Part shown: positions 62,251-64,000 of the stretch, piece by piece | Numbering within the stretch: position 1 is the stretch's first letter | Layout of the letters: each line of letters begins with the position of its first letter | Notes under the pieces: model-generated | The model's database searches: none | What the model was told of the DNA's origin: nothing | The model's input: the letters and a program-made list of their open reading frames with translations, nothing else | Position numbers and translations under genes: made by a program | Source of the DNA: Nemertoderma westbladi | Taxonomy: Eukaryota; Animalia; Xenacoelomorpha | Assembly: GCA_032718475.1 (NCBI GenBank) | Contig: JAUCBJ010001884.1 | Location: 19,475 to 83,474, forward strand | Direction: 5' to 3' | Length of the DNA: 64,000 nucleotides

Positions 62251-63438
62251 TTTAGGTTAGAATGTACCTTCTTGTGGGAGTACAAATGATGTTAAATGCC
62301 GAATTTGATGTAGTTTCCGGAAAAAACCACCTGTTCCAATATCTATTGTTGTTTTCGACATGTTTTTTTTTGGCATTTTTTGAGCAAAGGACTATTTTAT
62401 TTTTCAACATTTTGCACAGCAGCAGCAAAGGTTTGTCTGTCTGTCAATATAATATGAGGAAACACATTACCTAACTAAACGTATCGTTTTGGGGTTTTCC
62501 TGGTCGTTGATTTCCGTATTTTTTATGTTTGTCGGAATCTAGTTTGTCTGTCTGTTCGTAGTGTGCTTCCTTTTATTTTGACGGACAGACAGCCATACAG
62601 ACAGCCTAGATTTTGTCAAACATTAAAACTACGTAGTAAATAATATCGTCCAGGAAAATCCCACTTACGGTGATTTTATTGATGCAGTGTCATTCCTTAT
62701 CTTATGAAAGACAGAAATACACTCAGACAGACAGTCTAGATTATGTCAAACTGATAACGGAAATGAAATCAGCGACCATGAACACCCCCCCCCCCCCCCA
62801 TCGGATTTTTTAGTCAACTAGTCTGCCTCCTTATTATTTAGCAGATATTTAGAACTTACCTTGTATTTTGAAAACTCCGCCATTAACATTAAATTAGCGG
62901 GAAGATTTGAACATTTTAAAGGGGTTTTTCTCAGCCATTACTTTTCCGAATTTTTTGGAGACAATGGTACTTTTTTTTCGAGATCGGCGTTTCTAGATGA
63001 AAAATGGCTGAAATTTTTTGTGTTACTTTTTATCTCTTTTTATCTCTTTTTATATCTTTTTTTGCTTTTTTCTTGGTACTAAAATCGAAGCAATCAAAAT
63101 ATGTTAACATGTATTTAATATGTATTTTTATAAAATAAAATAAACTTTTTTCCTGGCAGGCTGCATAGGCATGTTATTATAACCAAAACAATAATCTAAA
63201 GTCAATAAAAGTGGTTAAAGTTTTATTTTATGGAAAAAATCAGCTGTTATTTGTGTTAATTTTCCACTGATGAATTTTTATTGCGTCGTTGCGATTGTAC
63301 GATGAATTTTACGCGGTTTTTTAGCTTATGTTAATATTTTATTATTATTAATTCTGTTAATTTAACCTTCTGGTCACTCACCTTTGACCTCCATTCAACC
63401 CACCTCCACTATTTATTTCTCCGTTGTCCCCCGACTAG

Positions 63439-63907
63439 GATCACCTTTGATCGTCCCGGACTCGGTATTAACTCAGTCCCAGACTTCGAGGTACTCAGTA
63501 ACTCCCCCCTCGAACACATGCCGCTCTCCGCGTTCCAGGAGTGCCGACCCCCCCAGCTGGGTCGCACGTCCTCCAGCCGTCCCCTAAACCTGTTCACACT
63601 TCGGGCCGAGATGGGGGGGCTAGACGCGGACACGTTGTTCGAGGATGCGTTAGTGGGGGGCGCCGGGGGGGGCATTGGTTTGCACGAGGGGGGCACCTTG
63701 GGGGGCTTCCCCGCCCGCTACCTCGTGCTAATGGTTCGTTTGAGTAAGATTCTAGTCGCCAAGAAGGAGTTGGTACAGCAGCTGGCCGATATGAACGCGG
63801 TAGCCGAGCGGGCTGTGGCGGTAGCTACGCCTCTAGTCTCGGAATTCCGCAGACGATACGCCAATACTGTTGCGGAACTTGGTAGAACTAACAAGGATTT
63901 AAATAAA
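63439..63907 (+). CDS. LIN9: LIN9 next coding exon (gene continues beyond the window)
   Basis: Pyrimidine tract + TAG acceptor; phase-2 join restores YR|ITFDRPGLG..VPDFEVLS; TLGGFP..RLSKIL..MNAVAE..FRRRYA..NKDLNK; donor GTTAGT at 63908. Confidence 0.9.
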
Positions 63908-64000
63908 GTTAGTAATTATGTTTTAGTCTCGGGTTTTATTTTATATAATTTAATGTTGCTAATTAATTTTCTTTAAAGTATTAATATTACGTAATCGCTA

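Overview
AT-rich eukaryotic (invertebrate-animal-like) DNA dominated by nested transposons, with two host genes: an uninterrupted WASHC2/FAM21 ORF (42759-46577) and the first two coding exons of LIN9 (59877-60691, 63439-63907). Mobile content: four RTE-like LINE fragments; a pol-less BEL/Pao element (gag-protease only, minus strand, 5595-~14550) and a related solo LTR (56072-57117); a 24.9-kb BEL/Pao element (16133-40991, CCTGG TSD) with a young Mag-like Gypsy nested inside (30436-35415); hAT- and Harbinger-type MITEs; an intact Merlin/IS1595-family transposase ORF; a 38-bp satellite. Three observations stand out. (1) The large BEL element carries, in the env position, a ~1,090-codon ORF with a WRN/Mut-7/EXD-like DEDDy exonuclease fold. 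(2) The same element carries 13 same-strand copies of a 20-nt hairpin (GGAAGGCTYGYGAGCCTACC) in all three reading frames and in UTRs, a candidate protein + cis-RNA-element system. (3) A stereotyped +8-bp scar (5-mer, CAG/CTG, same 5-mer) piles up upstream of both host genes, apparently the excision footprint of an unidentified cut-and-paste element. All calls are by eye; no database searches were run.
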